A stretch of DNA of 64,000 nucleotides. Origin: Paraphysomonas bandaiensis (taxonomy: Eukaryota; Protista; Chrysophyceae). The DNA is taken from positions 35,221-99,220 of the forward strand of contig CBFFRP010000346.1 of NCBI GenBank assembly GCA_965644295.1. The letters are read 5' to 3'. Each line of letters opens with the position of its first letter. Within the stretch, counting starts at the first letter, position 1. The position numbers were made by a program, and so were the translations under genes. This document shows, one piece after another, positions 1 through 12,024 of the stretch. The notes beneath the pieces were generated by a model. It had not been told where the DNA came from. It saw only the letters and a program-made list of their open reading frames with translations, and searched no databases.

Positions 1-1088
1 TGAAAGAGGAGATCCTTGCAATTGAGAGTACATTGAAAGGCAAGCACATGCAACGGGAAGGCATCACTGCCGGCGAGGCTGCAGCTGCAAATCGCAAAAG
101 CCGGAGAGAGAAGGAAAGTGTGATGGAGGACGATGCTCTTGACACCACAGATAGCACAGCAGATGCCAGCACCAACTGGCGGCTTCGGCGGAAACAACGC
201 TTGAGTGGAAGGCCTATATCTTCCGGACGTGATGATACTGTAAAAGATGCTCTAACGTACGAGCAGTTGTGCAAGCAGTGTGAAGAGAAGCAACGAGAGG
301 TGGAAGTATTAGTTGCAGATTTGCAAAAGACAGAAAATATTCTGTTAAATCAGCGAGGGGATGGAGGGGATGAGTTGGCGGCGTATATGGCACAGAGTGA
401 GAGGGCCCAAGCAGAAGAAGCGAGAGTGAGATTAATAACTGATATCAGTGCTGCAGAGAGAGCACTTCAACGTTTGAAGAATTTGGCGAGTGTTGCAGCC
501 CCTGCCCTCTCATCTCTTTGCACATCCAGGCAAAAAGTACAGCATCAAACGGCGAAAGTGTCGTCCCTCGAGACCACGCTTCCCTCTACATTCGCTGCCG
601 CGGAAACTTCAACAGTCCAGTCTATACCAACCGAAGACGGGGCTAAAGTATTATCAATACCCGGAACAGATGTTATCCACAGAGAAGATGAACCCACCAA
701 GGTTGCCTCTCAAGTCACGGCTCCTGCACCTAGTTCTAGTATACAGCACAGTAAAAAGAAAGCTAACTTGAATAGAAATTGTGTCAGTAGTGTGTGTGCA
801 AATATTGTGTGGGATAGAAACGGATCTGATGGGGAAGATGTTATCGATGTTGACACAAGTGGGGTTGCGGCAAAGCGTTCTAGAGGGGATAGGGGAAACA
901 AGAAGAAGAAGCAACGCATTGACGAGGAACCACGGAAGAAAACAATTGGCCCAAGTATGCCCTCTGCAGGATCCTCTCAGGGTGCGCATCTTAAATTATA
1001 CGACGACAATGAAGATAGCACATGGGTCCCACCGTCTAATCAAACAGGTGATGGAAAGACAGCTCTTAACGCGAAGTACGGCTATTAG
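1..1088 (+). CDS. SLC4A1AP: Kanadaptin (SLC4A1AP-like), 3' part; runs in from the window edge
   Basis: Frame open from position 3 to TAG at 1088; coiled-coil region; ends WVPPSNQTGDGKTALNAKYGY, matching the conserved kanadaptin C-terminal motif WVPPxxQxGDGxTxLNxKYGY. Confidence 0.85.
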   Translation, partial: KEEILAIESTLKGKHMQREGITAGEAAAANRKSRREKESVMEDDALDTTDSTADASTNWRLRRKQRLSGRPISSGRDDTVKDALTYEQLCKQCEEKQREVEVLVADLQKTENILLNQRGDGGDELAAYMAQSERAQAEEARVRLITDISAAERALQRLKNLASVAAPALSSLCTSRQKVQHQTAKVSSLETTLPSTFAAAETSTVQSIPTEDGAKVLSIPGTDVIHREDEPTKVASQVTAPAPSSSIQHSKKKANLNRNCVSSVCANIVWDRNGSDGEDVIDVDTSGVAAKRSRGDRGNKKKKQRIDEEPRKKTIGPSMPSAGSSQGAHLKLYDDNEDSTWVPPSNQTGDGKTALNAKYGY

Positions 1089-1405
1089 CAATCTGCTAAG
1101 AGTATTATACATATTGTTTGCGGGATGGTTGTGATTTTTTTTGCTGATAGCTTAAGTTAATTGTGAAACTATATTTGATCCAAAAAATGCATATTGTGTT
1201 ACTGTTTACGTAGTCAGCTATCTTTCAACTGTACGGTTACGGCATATATACATTGTACTACGTACTTAGTAGTAGTACTCCTTAAAGTATAGGTGTATTA
1301 TGTATAATTACACCTTTGGCGGTGTAGTATATGTGCAGTCCATGTGTATGATATGTAGTATAGAGTAAGGGCATATTGTGTGTCCAGAGTGATGTCTGTG
1401 ATACA

Positions 1406-1740
1406 TAGTAGTGAATATCCGATTTTTAGCAATAGAGCAATAGGCGTGTAAGAGTCAGAACTAATGTAGCAAAACAATTTTCACTAACAAGTGCTGAACT
1501 CTGATATCCTACTATATTTGGCATTTAGCGCTACGACAGCTACTCTGATATCGCTAAAGCTCAAGGCAAACGCAGTGAGCAAGTAGAATGTTGATATACC
1601 TGACATGTGCTATCTTCAGGATTTTTCAGTCCTCAATGTGAACAACCCGGATGCTTGACTTCATCAGGCAGCCCAATATCCCGAATGTTCTTGAGCTGGG
1701 CCCATTCCCGGATGTTTGATATCAGCAGGCAGCCCATATA
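1406..1740. repeat. Unclassified dispersed repeat, copy A (may extend to 2424)
   Basis: Begins TAGTAGTGAAT...TTAGCAATAG...GGCGTGTAAGAGTCAGAACTAATGTAGCAAAACAATT, shared with copies at 2425, 21602 and 51181; internal ~30-bp CCGGATGCTTGA-type subrepeats. Confidence 0.75.
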
Positions 1741-2424
1741 CGTTTAGCGAGAATGTATTAAGCAGGAGATCATCCCACAAGTGAGGGCAGCATTTAGAAT
1801 TCTCTGAGATGGAAACTGAATAGACAATTTGTCTACGGTATAATTTGTGTGGGAGTAGGGAACTGCCATCTGCTCAGAAATGAGGTTGTTGTTCCCGCAA
1901 AGGCAATTGTGGAGTTGAACATAGATAGGTAGAGAGGGTGTGTTGGTCTCTATGAGTAAGGAGTGAGGAGACCAACAAGAAGCATCGGATAATTAATATC
2001 AGGACGAGAGCTTCTCGCAATGCCCAGTGTGCCAGATTCCAGGAGATGCTTTGTGACCGTGTGTCAACGTTAATCCATTATCTCGAGTAGTTATGGCGTC
2101 CGAGGATGCGATTCACTTTGGTCACCGTTCTTCTGCCAGATATTTTTCCTTGTACTCATACGTCCAGTTGGCGTTTTCGTCATGCTCTCAACGCTCGTTT
2201 TGTACATATGTTCAGCTGGAGTCAATACAATACCCCATTGGCGCGATGTCCTACTTATGCTCCTAGTCGTGCTGAGATGGATCCCTCGCTTTCCTTTCCG
2301 TTATTTGAGGCACACTCCAGTGGCGTACTCACCCGTTAAACACTCCTATTCTAGCAAGACAATCTCATTCCCTAGAGAACTGATCCCACGACACTTCCAC
2401 ATGCTACTTGATGAACCATACGCC

Positions 2425-3119
2425 TAGTAGTGAATGTCTAATTATTTGCAAAATAGTATGTGTCAGAACTAATGTAGCGAAGCAATTTAACTAACAAGTG
2501 CTTAACTTTAATATCCTACTCTTTAGCGCTACGAGAGCTGCTTGTGCGTCACTGCAAGCACCAAGGCACAACCACTTTTGCTCTATCACTCAAAAAAAAC
2601 GATTGAGCAAACAAAATGTTGATATACCTGACATCTGCTGACTTCAGGGTATTTGGGCCCAGTCTCGGATACCTGTATATTCGTCGAGGCCCAAAAACGT
2701 TTACACAAGTGATACTAATTAGTGTTCCTTGTACCACACAAGCATTTGGTTATGCATGGCAAAATATTATCTGCTGACTCTATATGTGGCTCACGCTTGT
2801 TCCCCGAAGAAATATCTCCGGTACTTATCCTTACATGACGCACTACTACACCATTGGTACTATGCCATCAATAACGGGCACATAATTAATATACCATCGT
2901 ACCACATACCAGCAGTCTGCTTCATCAGTTGTCGGCCAAAGCATTGTCTGCAGTCTGCTCACAAGGCTATTTTTCTATCGCAGAACTTCTACTGCAGCAC
3001 ACTCACCTCTAGAGGCATAGAGTTGCCATGATTCAACTATGGTCTCTCGACTAAGTATCACTACACACTAAACTCCTTCCACCCTGCACAACTGAGCTCG
3101 AAGTGGCTATTTAAACACA
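2425..3119. repeat. Unclassified dispersed repeat, copy B
   Basis: Same start motif; block GTGATACTAATTAGTGTTCCTTGTACCACACAAGCATTTGG nearly identical to the one at ~51598; ends CTATTTAAACACA like the 51181 copy. Confidence 0.75.
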
Positions 3120-3129
3120 AACATACATA

Positions 3130-3277
3130 GAGGATATAGTTATATTTAACCACGGGCAATAAGGAGGCTATATCGTCCCGCGCTCAAAATTTTGAAACGA
3201 GGGCGAAAAGCCCGAGTTTTAAAATTTAGACAAGGGACGATACTCCTTATCCCTAGGTTAAATTGTAGCTTATCCTC
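3130..3277. repeat. ~150-bp imperfect palindrome/hairpin
   Basis: GAGGATA..ATTTAACC..ATAAGGAG..TATCGTCCC..AAAATTTT..GGGC-GAAAA-GCCC..AAAATTT..GGGACGATA-CTCCTTAT..GGTTAAAT..TATCCTC pairs arm to arm. Confidence 0.85.
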
Positions 3278-4094
3278 ATGACGTTGAAAAGTTAATATTA
3301 GATTGTATAGCTATTTGTAGCATGCTTGCTGTATTAAGAAATAGATGTTCCTTGATTAAATTAATAACACAAATGAGAACTCATATAGTTTCAAATGAAT
3401 GATATGTATACTGTAAGTGTGATGATAAATGTAAACAGTTGAAGGTGAGAGAGAGGCTTCTTATTGCCTTAATTAGAATCATCATCACATTTATATACAG
3501 CAGGCTTTACCTCTGCAAGTGCACCTTATCGAAGGATGTGTGTATGATATGAGACACACAATATCCTGAGAAGCATGATATGGCTCCAACCCTGAAAGAA
3601 CTGGGTGCCACTGCTCCAAACCACCTATATAGCATCAGATATGGTACTTAAACTCTCCTGTAATATTCTTGAAGTTGTTTCGAAGTCCTGGATATGAAGA
3701 CAGATCACTTGCACTGACATCGTTGTGATCTTACACAGCAGTCGAAGGATGGAATATAATCTGGAGTGTTAGATGATCTGCTCTTGATATTAGGCTTATG
3801 ATTGTGGTTTCTCTATAATTGCGTACTATAATAAAATCACGTACATTCGACTGTCATTATCATAATGAAGATAGAAGTGAGCTTCTGTTCAACCGAATAT
3901 TGAAGTTGAATGTCTCTATTTGCCCGGTGCTGATATGAGCGCCCTGTTGAGCCCAAGCCAGGTCAAAAAAAAGCATTTTTTGAGACAAAATGGGGATAGA
4001 GTATTATCATACAACATTACACTGGTATTTAACATTTAAAATATAATCTAGTGCCAATATGGTATAAATTATAAATTAACTGCATGTTGAATAT

Positions 4095-4359
4095 TATTAG
4101 GATTCAGCTTAATACATGATTGTATCTGTGAGTTATAATGTTCAATGAAATATACCATGAACTGAATTAGAGAGAGTATCTGTCGAAGATACGTGATCGT
4201 CATCATAACGTCGTCATTATCAGTTACACTTCTAACTATTCCGTTGTGCATGATAGTACGTTCTACATTGTCATTCATAATTTTCACTCTATCGTGTTCA
4301 TTACTTACACTCTAATAATCACAACATTGTTTTACTATTATAAAGATCAATTCTTTATT
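4095..4359 (+). repeat. 5' LTR of element 1 (TATTAGG...CTTTATT)
   Basis: Direct repeat of 9574-9838, bounded by the TSD and PBS. Confidence 0.95.
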
Positions 4360-4368
4360 TGGTAGCGG

Positions 4369-5235
4369 ATGGTAGTTAAAGTTACAAGTTACCACTCAAC
4401 CGACTCGGATTCGACAACCGACAAGCGAAAGGACTCAATGCCAAAATTCGATGCGAAGAACTTCTCCAGGTGGCAGAAGAAGTGCCGTGCATGGTTCTAT
4501 CGCAAGCCTAAGATCGTTTATACTCTACAGAACGATCACCCAATTGAGCCTGAAGCAGGAGAAAACTCAGATGACGAGGACTACCAGTATCGACTCGAAC
4601 AGTATCAGGATGCGAAACGATATTATGATGAAGGTAATAACTACCTATGGTCAGTAGTCATTGCAAGCTCTATCATTGGTCAGAATGAAGAGGCTGAGGG
4701 GATTTTGGAGAACGTCCCCGATGGAGACGGTAAAACCGCCTGGACGGACTTGCTCAACCACTTCAAAGAAAAAACGACTAACGATGTAATCACCGATCTG
4801 ATTGGCCAGTTTCAGAGCATAAAAATCAAAAAAGGTCAGTCGATAATCAACTTCCTTGACGCTGTCGAAAAGCTCCGAAACAAGCTGATTAATTATGGTC
4901 ATCGGATAAGTGACCAAGATCTTATCTCACGCATTCGCCAAGGCCTGGTATCCAAAGAAAATATGACATATCGAGAACTGGCGATCAACCTGCAGATGCA
5001 CCCTATCGATGACTACAAAACACTCATACGCAGACTACGCGGATTAGGAAGCTCGTCTGTTGGAATGCTCTTGTCAAGCAACGAAGAATCAAAAACCGAC
5101 AGTATTCAGCTTGCAGCCTCAAAACCCCCATTTTTCAAAAGTAAAGTGAATTCCAAGCGCAAAAAGGGGACATCTTTCAGAAACCATTCCAATAAACCGA
5201 AACATGACAAGAGAGCTGACAAAGACATACATTAA
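4369..5235 (+). CDS. gag: Copia gag, ends just before the zinc knuckle
   Basis: MPKFDAKNFSRWQKK...GDGKTAWTDLLNHF copia gag motifs; the CCHC knuckle (CFRCD*KGHIASEC) follows in the +1 frame with an internal TGA. Confidence 0.85.
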   Translation: MVVKVTSYHSTDSDSTTDKRKDSMPKFDAKNFSRWQKKCRAWFYRKPKIVYTLQNDHPIEPEAGENSDDEDYQYRLEQYQDAKRYYDEGNNYLWSVVIASSIIGQNEEAEGILENVPDGDGKTAWTDLLNHFKEKTTNDVITDLIGQFQSIKIKKGQSIINFLDAVEKLRNKLINYGHRISDQDLISRIRQGLVSKENMTYRELAINLQMHPIDDYKTLIRRLRGLGSSSVGMLLSSNEESKTDSIQLAASKPPFFKSKVNSKRKKGTSFRNHSNKPKHDKRADKDIH

Positions 5236-8200
5236 GTGCTTCCGATGCGATTGAAAAGGACACATCGCTTCAGAATGCAAACACTCATGGGAAAGAATCC
5301 AACAGATGAAGAATTCCTCTGGAAACAAATCAACCAGTAGGAAATTCAAAAAAGTTAGATTCCAGACCCACCAGAGCACTGAAAACGACGAATCCGACCA
5401 GTTTGCAGATTATGAAGACAGTGGTCCACTACAACAGAAAGGACGAGACTTCGGAGGAGTCGGATATCCAACAAACGACGAAACGAACTTCGTTTTTGAT
5501 CAAGAAGCCGGAATGGGGACCCTTGATTCTGGCTGCACAGTCTCCATCACACCTGAAGCCGGATACATCACCAATTATGAGGAATGCCTCACCGACATTC
5601 AAACAGCTAAGTCAGGATCAACTATGACCTCTTCAGGACATGGAAGACTTGGTATTATCCCCAAGTGCAAGAACGTGGACCATGCTTCAAGGACACTCGT
5701 GTCCATCAGCCAATTAGATGACCTAGGGTATAAAATCTTGTTCGGAAACCAATCAGTTGAGATATATAAAGATGAAATACTGCTATCAAAGGGTAAGAGA
5801 GTTGGAGGCCTATATGAAATTCCGTTAACAGACCTCGGTACTCCTATTGACGTATCCCACCTTGCTTCAACTGCTTCAGGCCCACTCGCAACCCTAGCAC
5901 ATAAGAGATTGGCACATTCTTCAATTGGACTCATACAGAAAGCTGTACAGTCAAAATTAGTAACGGGTATTAAGTTAACGAAGTCGGAGATGAATGCTAC
6001 TTCTTTACCGGGTGGCATATGTGATGGTTGTGCTAGTGGTAAATCTCATCGCCGAAAACATAGACACGCTATCAGACAAATGCTGCTCAAGCGTGTAAGA
6101 AGAGCGAATGAGCTGGGGGAGCTAGTAGTAGCCGATTTTTCTGGACCCCATGCACCAGAGGCAATCATTACTGGCAACCGTTACATACTCGGGATGACAG
6201 ATGTAGCTTCCAGACACCAATGGGACTCCTACGGACAAACGAGAGATGAAGATTTTGTCATCCAATCCATACAGAAAGTTGTTATGTATCTACATAGTAA
6301 AGGCAAACGCCTACAACATTATCATGCGGATGGCGGGAAGGAACTGGTATCAAGAAAAGTTCTAGAGTATCTTCAATCAATAGGGGCTACATGGACTTTC
6401 AACTCCCCGTATACCCCCGAGGATAACCCATTCCAAGAGCGATCATGGCGGACAACTAAAGAACGAGCACTCAGCAGCCTTATCGACTCTGGACTCCCAC
6501 CGAATTTCTGGGAACAAGCCTCAAGGGCGACAATACACATCAAGAACAGGTTACCGTGTCAAACAGCTAAAGGATTTATGTCTCCACTTCAGTTTATCGA
6601 AAACGAAATACCAGACTTGAGTTATGCCAGAATATGGGGATGTAAATGCTTTGTGAATATCGATTCCAGTCTCCGAAAGAACAATTGGGACAGACATAGC
6701 TGGCCTGGGTATTTTATGGGCTATCGAGAGGATGGTCCTGGATATATAGTCTTTGTTCCCGCATTAAGAGACTTTGTTATATCAGGACATGTATTTTTCA
6801 ACGAATGTGTTCCACCAGCGGATAAGAGATATTTTAAGGAGATAAATGAGATCTTCAGAGAGAATGAGACCACCAGGACAGTAGAAAGTTTCAAATATCT
6901 CATAGGTCTAGCACATATAGATCCAGACGATGGATTAACATATGTAACGACTCAAATAAAGCTCAGAAAAGGATTAATTGCAGCGTATCGTGGTCTAGTG
7001 GACGACAGCGGTGACACTACACGAATCATCCAGCTCGACGACCCCATTCATGCTGCAGACGTCGAAAAGTACACTGAAGAATACATAGAACTCAAAGCAG
7101 TTGGTCTCAAATGTAATACTTCTCGATCAAAAACCCCAATACATAAAAATCCAGCAAATCAGATCGAGACCCCGATACAGTTAATGAATCTCCAGCGCCA
7201 GACGCTACTTCCAGGGGGAGTGGCGTGAATCTAAGACATCATGATGCCGCGCAGGAGAGAATCAGCAGCCATCGGGATGAACCTACCCACTCCGATGCAA
7301 AGATAGCGAAGACTCGCCCTTCGAAACAATTCAATGGGAATCTAGTGCCAAATCCGGCACCACACAGTCAAGTGGATCGTGTGTGTCAGCGTGTGGCCAA
7401 ACGCTGTTATAAGCCTGCTGATTCATCGGGAGATTGGGAAAATCAGGGTACACCTGAAGGGCCAAGTAAGGTCCGTGCTACAGCAAAACAACAATTTTTA
7501 GCTGGTAGAAAGAGTGTTCTCCGAAGCAGGAGAATGGCCAGGAAACGGGTAATTGTAAATATACATAAACTTGGTGATGGTGTATATACATGTGATGTAA
7601 ATGCTAAACATGTAGTAAATCATATGGCACATGATACACAATGTATATCAAAATTACATATAAACAATATTGATATTGTTATGCATGCTATCAGTAATTG
7701 CGATGACATTGACGAGCTAACTGATACACCAAAGAGTGTTCAAGATGCTATTTCAGGTAAATATAAACAGCAGTGGATCGATGCTATCAACAGAGAAATA
7801 TCCACTCTTCAGAGGAAAGGATGCTGGAGATACACTGCGTTACCACCTGGAGCAAGAGCCATAAAAGGGGAAACTCATATTCAAAATAAAAAGAAAACAG
7901 AATGATATCAAATTCAAGGCTCGACTGGTCGCACAGGGTTTTACTCAAATCCAAGGCACCGATTATAATGATACATACAGCCCCGTCGCGAAGGCTACAT
8001 CACTACGTACAATTATTGCCCTTTCGACTATTACGAAACTCAAATTGCACCAAATCGATTTCACAACTGCGTACATCAATGCTGACCTCGAAGAGGACAT
8101 ATACATGCATCCCCCTCCTGGCATGGACGTCCCTGACGGAAAAGTCCTCAAACTGATGAAAAGCATCTACGGTCTAAAGCAAGCAGGTCTTAACTGGTAT

Positions 8201-9373
8201 AAGTGCTGTACAAATTTTATGCTAGATATGGGTTTCACCAGACTAATATCTGACCCGTGTATATTCAAAAAGCAGATTAATGGCAGGATTATGCTAATAG
8301 CCATGTATGTGGACGATATTATTATAGCATCTACATCCGACACTGATATCCAACAATTCAAAGACCATTTATCCAAAAAGTTCGAAATTACGGATCTCGG
8401 ACTCCTAGATTATTACTTGGGCATCTCCATTCATCAAGATTTTGACAAAAATATCACGACTCTCAGTCAGGAGCAGTATGTCAGAAAACTGCTGGACAAA
8501 TTCAACATGTCCAACAGTAAACCCATGTCAACACCTATGTTACTGTCTTTCAACTATGATTTACATGAATACAATCATCTTTCAGAGTCAAATCAAAGTT
8601 CTGTTCAGAATTTCCCCTACAAGGAGCTCATAGGTTCCCTAATGTATCTAGCTGTATGCACTCGACCGGATATCGCCTACGCAGTCAATACTCTTGCCAG
8701 ATTTTCTGATATGCCTAATCTAACTACCTGTAATGCTGCGTTACATGTTCTTAGGTATCTCAAAGGCACTGCTAAGCAAGGATTGATATATTCTGGATCC
8801 CACATAACATTGTCAGGATACTGCGATAGCGATTGGGCACGATGTCACCTCACTCGACGGTCCACTACAGCTTTTACATTCTTCATAGGTAATTGTCTTA
8901 TATCATGGCAATCTCGATTACAGACAACTGTGGCATTGTCATCTACTGAAGCTGAGTATATGGCTCTATCGTCAGCAGCTCAGGAAGCATTATGGCTACG
9001 CTCTTTATTATCAGAAATTGGTTTCAAACTTCCATTCTCAACAACTATTTGGTGCGATAATAAAGGGGCAGTCCAATTATGTTACAATCCTACTCATCAT
9101 CGTCGTACGAAACATATTGCGATACGGTATCATTTCATTCGAGAAAATATTGCCGAAAACCAATTGACTGTTGACCATATTCCCACCACGTCAATGTTAG
9201 CCGATCTTCTCACGAAACCACTAGGAACAACTAATTTTCTTCAATTGCGAACTACATTGATGGGGGGAGCTGGGTTCGACATCCCATCCAGCAGCAACAG
9301 AAAGCGATCAACAACCTCAGAGACACCTAAATCACAATTAACAAGCCACAAGCGACCTAGGTGGCTAGTTTGA
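5231..9373 (+). pseudogene. pol: Copia pol (protease, integrase, RT, RNase H), broken by a TGA at ~5252 and frameshifts at ~7220 and ~7868
   Basis: LDSG protease; HKRLAH...CDGC zinc finger; integrase ADFSGP / HADGGKE / PFQERSWR; RT KARLVAQGF, LMKSIYGLKQA, YVDD; RNase H YCDSDWA, EAEY, CDN, ADLLTK. Confidence 0.92.
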
Positions 9374-9573
9374 GTTACACGGAGTTTTTACCATTTTTTT
9401 TTACTTTTATTCAATACATGATGCTGGACTAGAAGGGTGGTCTCACAATATGGCATCTCTGCAGTTCGCTTATTATTGACTAGTGACTACTACTCTGGTT
9501 TTTACTCTCAGTGTGCATAAGTTCATATTCTCTCTATTATCTACGGTTCACTGATTATTTCATTGAGGGGGCG

Positions 9574-9838
9574 TATTAGGATTCAGCTTAATACATGATT
9601 GTATCTGTGAGTTATAATGTTCAATGAAATATACCATGAACTGAATTAGAGAGAGTATCTGTCGAAGATACGTGATCGTCATCATAACGTCGTCATTATC
9701 AGTTACACTTCTAACTATTCCGTTGTGCATGATAGTACGTTCTACATTGTCATTCATAATTTTCACTCTATCGTGTTCATTACTTACACTCTAATAATCA
9801 CAACATTGTTTTACTATTATAAAGATCAATTCTTTATT
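9574..9838 (+). repeat. 3' LTR of element 1
   Basis: Repeat of 4095-4359, preceded by the PPT and followed by TSD AATAT. Confidence 0.95.
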
Positions 9839-10377
9839 AATATATATGTTCGGAGCACTATTAAATTCAAATACTTGTACAGTTCACTACCTTTTTCGAT
9901 GCACTTCTTCCTTAATATTCGAGTTCACAAAACTGCCCATGCAGGACATTTGAAATCAATATCGCAGGGTGCAAGTTGATAAAGTAACACAGAAAAATAT
10001 AACAAATAGGTGTTTACTTCAACGAAACAAAATGAGAAGCAGAATGCATACGCTACATTTACTATACTACATAATAAGCTGCTATATACTTTTCACTTTG
10101 AATCACTTTCACAACTTTCTAACAACAGGTACATAGAACAACGTATGGAGGAAGTACTCATGTGCCGAAATTGCAATCACTGACTATAATTCATCAGAAC
10201 TGGCGGTATTATCTACAGCAATAACACAACAAAAAATGGTATAGGGTTTGTGAGTTTTAGATTCGTCTGGTGTCCCAGGTAAATAGACACGCCGTACGTG
10301 GAACAACAGAAAAGGCGCCATTGAACCCTGTGCCGCCGTATAGCACGTCGCTGTGAAATTAAAATCCGGCGGAAGAA

Positions 10378-12024
10378 CTATGAGAACGAATGCATTCGAG
10401 GCCTCACAAAAGTCTCTTGCATGCCTTGTAGCCGTTCTTCTAGGCTCCTCGCATACGACTTCTGATACTCAAGCTCCTGCTCAAGTGGGGTCTTGAGTGA
10501 ACTATAGTGCTGCAGACATTGCTTCGCAGTAGGTCGATTCTTTGGATCCGGAGCCATAAGAATCGACAAAATGCTATGTAATTCGCCTGGTGAACTCTCT
10601 GGAAGACTGAACACACCGTCTCGTAGGTTATGCCATTCAGTTCCATTAGATTCCATAACCCTCCCAGTGTAGAGCTCGTATGCTGACCATATAAGGTTAG
10701 CCCAAGAAAAAATATAAAAACCAACATCCTGTCGCTCACCTGTAACACCAAGCGAGAAGATATCACATTTGGTGATGTCCTGAACGGGACCCCAATTCAG
10801 CAGCTCCCGTGCCATATATCGACTATCCCCCTCTTCCACATTACCATTAAACTTCCCGTTCGTCAGGTGCAAAGCTAGGCCGAAATCCCCAAGTTTATAT
10901 CTATTACGTTTGACCAATATATTCCCAGGTTTGACATCCAAATGTACAAACTCATTGCTGCATAAATAATTTGATAAGACGATGTGTTTACAGTTAGAAC
11001 TCTCAACCTGTGTAACATATCAAGTGCATTGAGAATATCCCTGAGGAGTGTGAAAATGCTCGATCTATCGAACGTCGATGTATCTTGCGCACATGCATCA
11101 CAGAGCTCCATTTGAATGCAGAGGTACTCGTCCTCCATCCAAGCGCTGTAGTATCGTACTACAGAGGATGCCTTTTCTGGATCTTCATTAGCAGACAACG
11201 CCGCTAATGCTTGTACCTGCATAACTACATTAGTTTTCATCGCTGCAGCTACACAACTCAACCTCATGCATCATAGCAGTTCGCTCGGTCTGATTGTGGG
11301 GACGCTTGCGGGACTTCTTGACGGCGTAGACGACCCCATCTAGAAGTGCTTCTGCTCGATAGACAGTACCAAATGTTCCAGTTCCTAGTATAACTATCAC
11401 ACTCTCTCCAAAACAACACGATTTTGACGACTAACCTATTACGTCTAATATCCGGAATTCGTTGTTTAGCCGCGAGTATGAGCTAGCATGTAGTCCACTT
11501 AAGCTATCTTCGTAAGGAGTACTAGGAATATCGATCACATCCACTGGACTTTTCTTTAATTTCTTCGCCGGGGCTGCCATCTGACCAATGTCAAAACTGG
11601 CTGTTCTTCCCCACTGTCTAGTTGTTGGTGTCTACATACGCATTACGACAGCAGCACTCTAAACTAATCATAACGTACCACAGCTGGTGACTCAGTAAAA
11701 AAAGAAGAAAAATTAAATCGGCCACTCAGTGGACGCGTGAGGGATGATGGTCTACTTGCATTTGACTCAGATCGGCTACATTGATCGATTGCAAGCTCTT
11801 CAAGTGCAGAAATATCATCCATCATATCGCCATCATTCTCACACTCGAAACACTTTTCTTCATTCGACTCACCGCCAAAGAAGGACATACGTGATAAAAA
11901 CGCCGGTATTTGAATTTTCTAAAATATGGAAATATTATAAGACTGTGTACCCCTCAATCGCCAATGCACTTACAAGGCTTCCATCTTCACCTTTCATAGA
12001 TGCAGTGAGCGATCTTGCTGACAT
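10378..12024 (-). CDS. WEE1: Wee1/Myt1-family protein kinase (multi-exon)
   Basis: GTGTFGTVY, YAVKKS, VVRYYSAWME..IQMELC, HLDVKPGNIL, LGDFGLA and the Wee1-diagnostic EEGDSRYMA; short introns; start ATG at 12024 inferred. Confidence 0.88.

Larger units (their letters stand above)
4095..9838 (+). mobile_element. Full-length Ty1/copia LTR retrotransposon (element 1)
   Basis: 265-bp LTRs at 4095-4359 and 9574-9838, no difference seen; 5-bp TSD AATAT (4090-4094, 9839-9843); PBS TGGTAGCGG at 4360; PPT GAGGGGGCG before the 3' LTR; domain order gag-PR-IN-RT-RH. Confidence 0.97.

Noticed and set aside
4069-4287. Duplicated 68-72 aa minus ORFs (also 9560-9766, 27733-27936, 33765-33998)
   Set aside because: Incidental frames inside LTRs
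5225-5254. Programmed gag-pol frameshift or TGA recoding in element 1
   Set aside because: Element 2 reads straight through the same knuckle; no slippery site recognised; host genes use TGA as stop
4085-10127. Possible TG...CA solo LTR (TGTTGAATAT...CTAACAACA) hosting element 1
   Set aside because: No matching TSD (CTGCA vs ACAGG/GGTAC) and no second copy in the window
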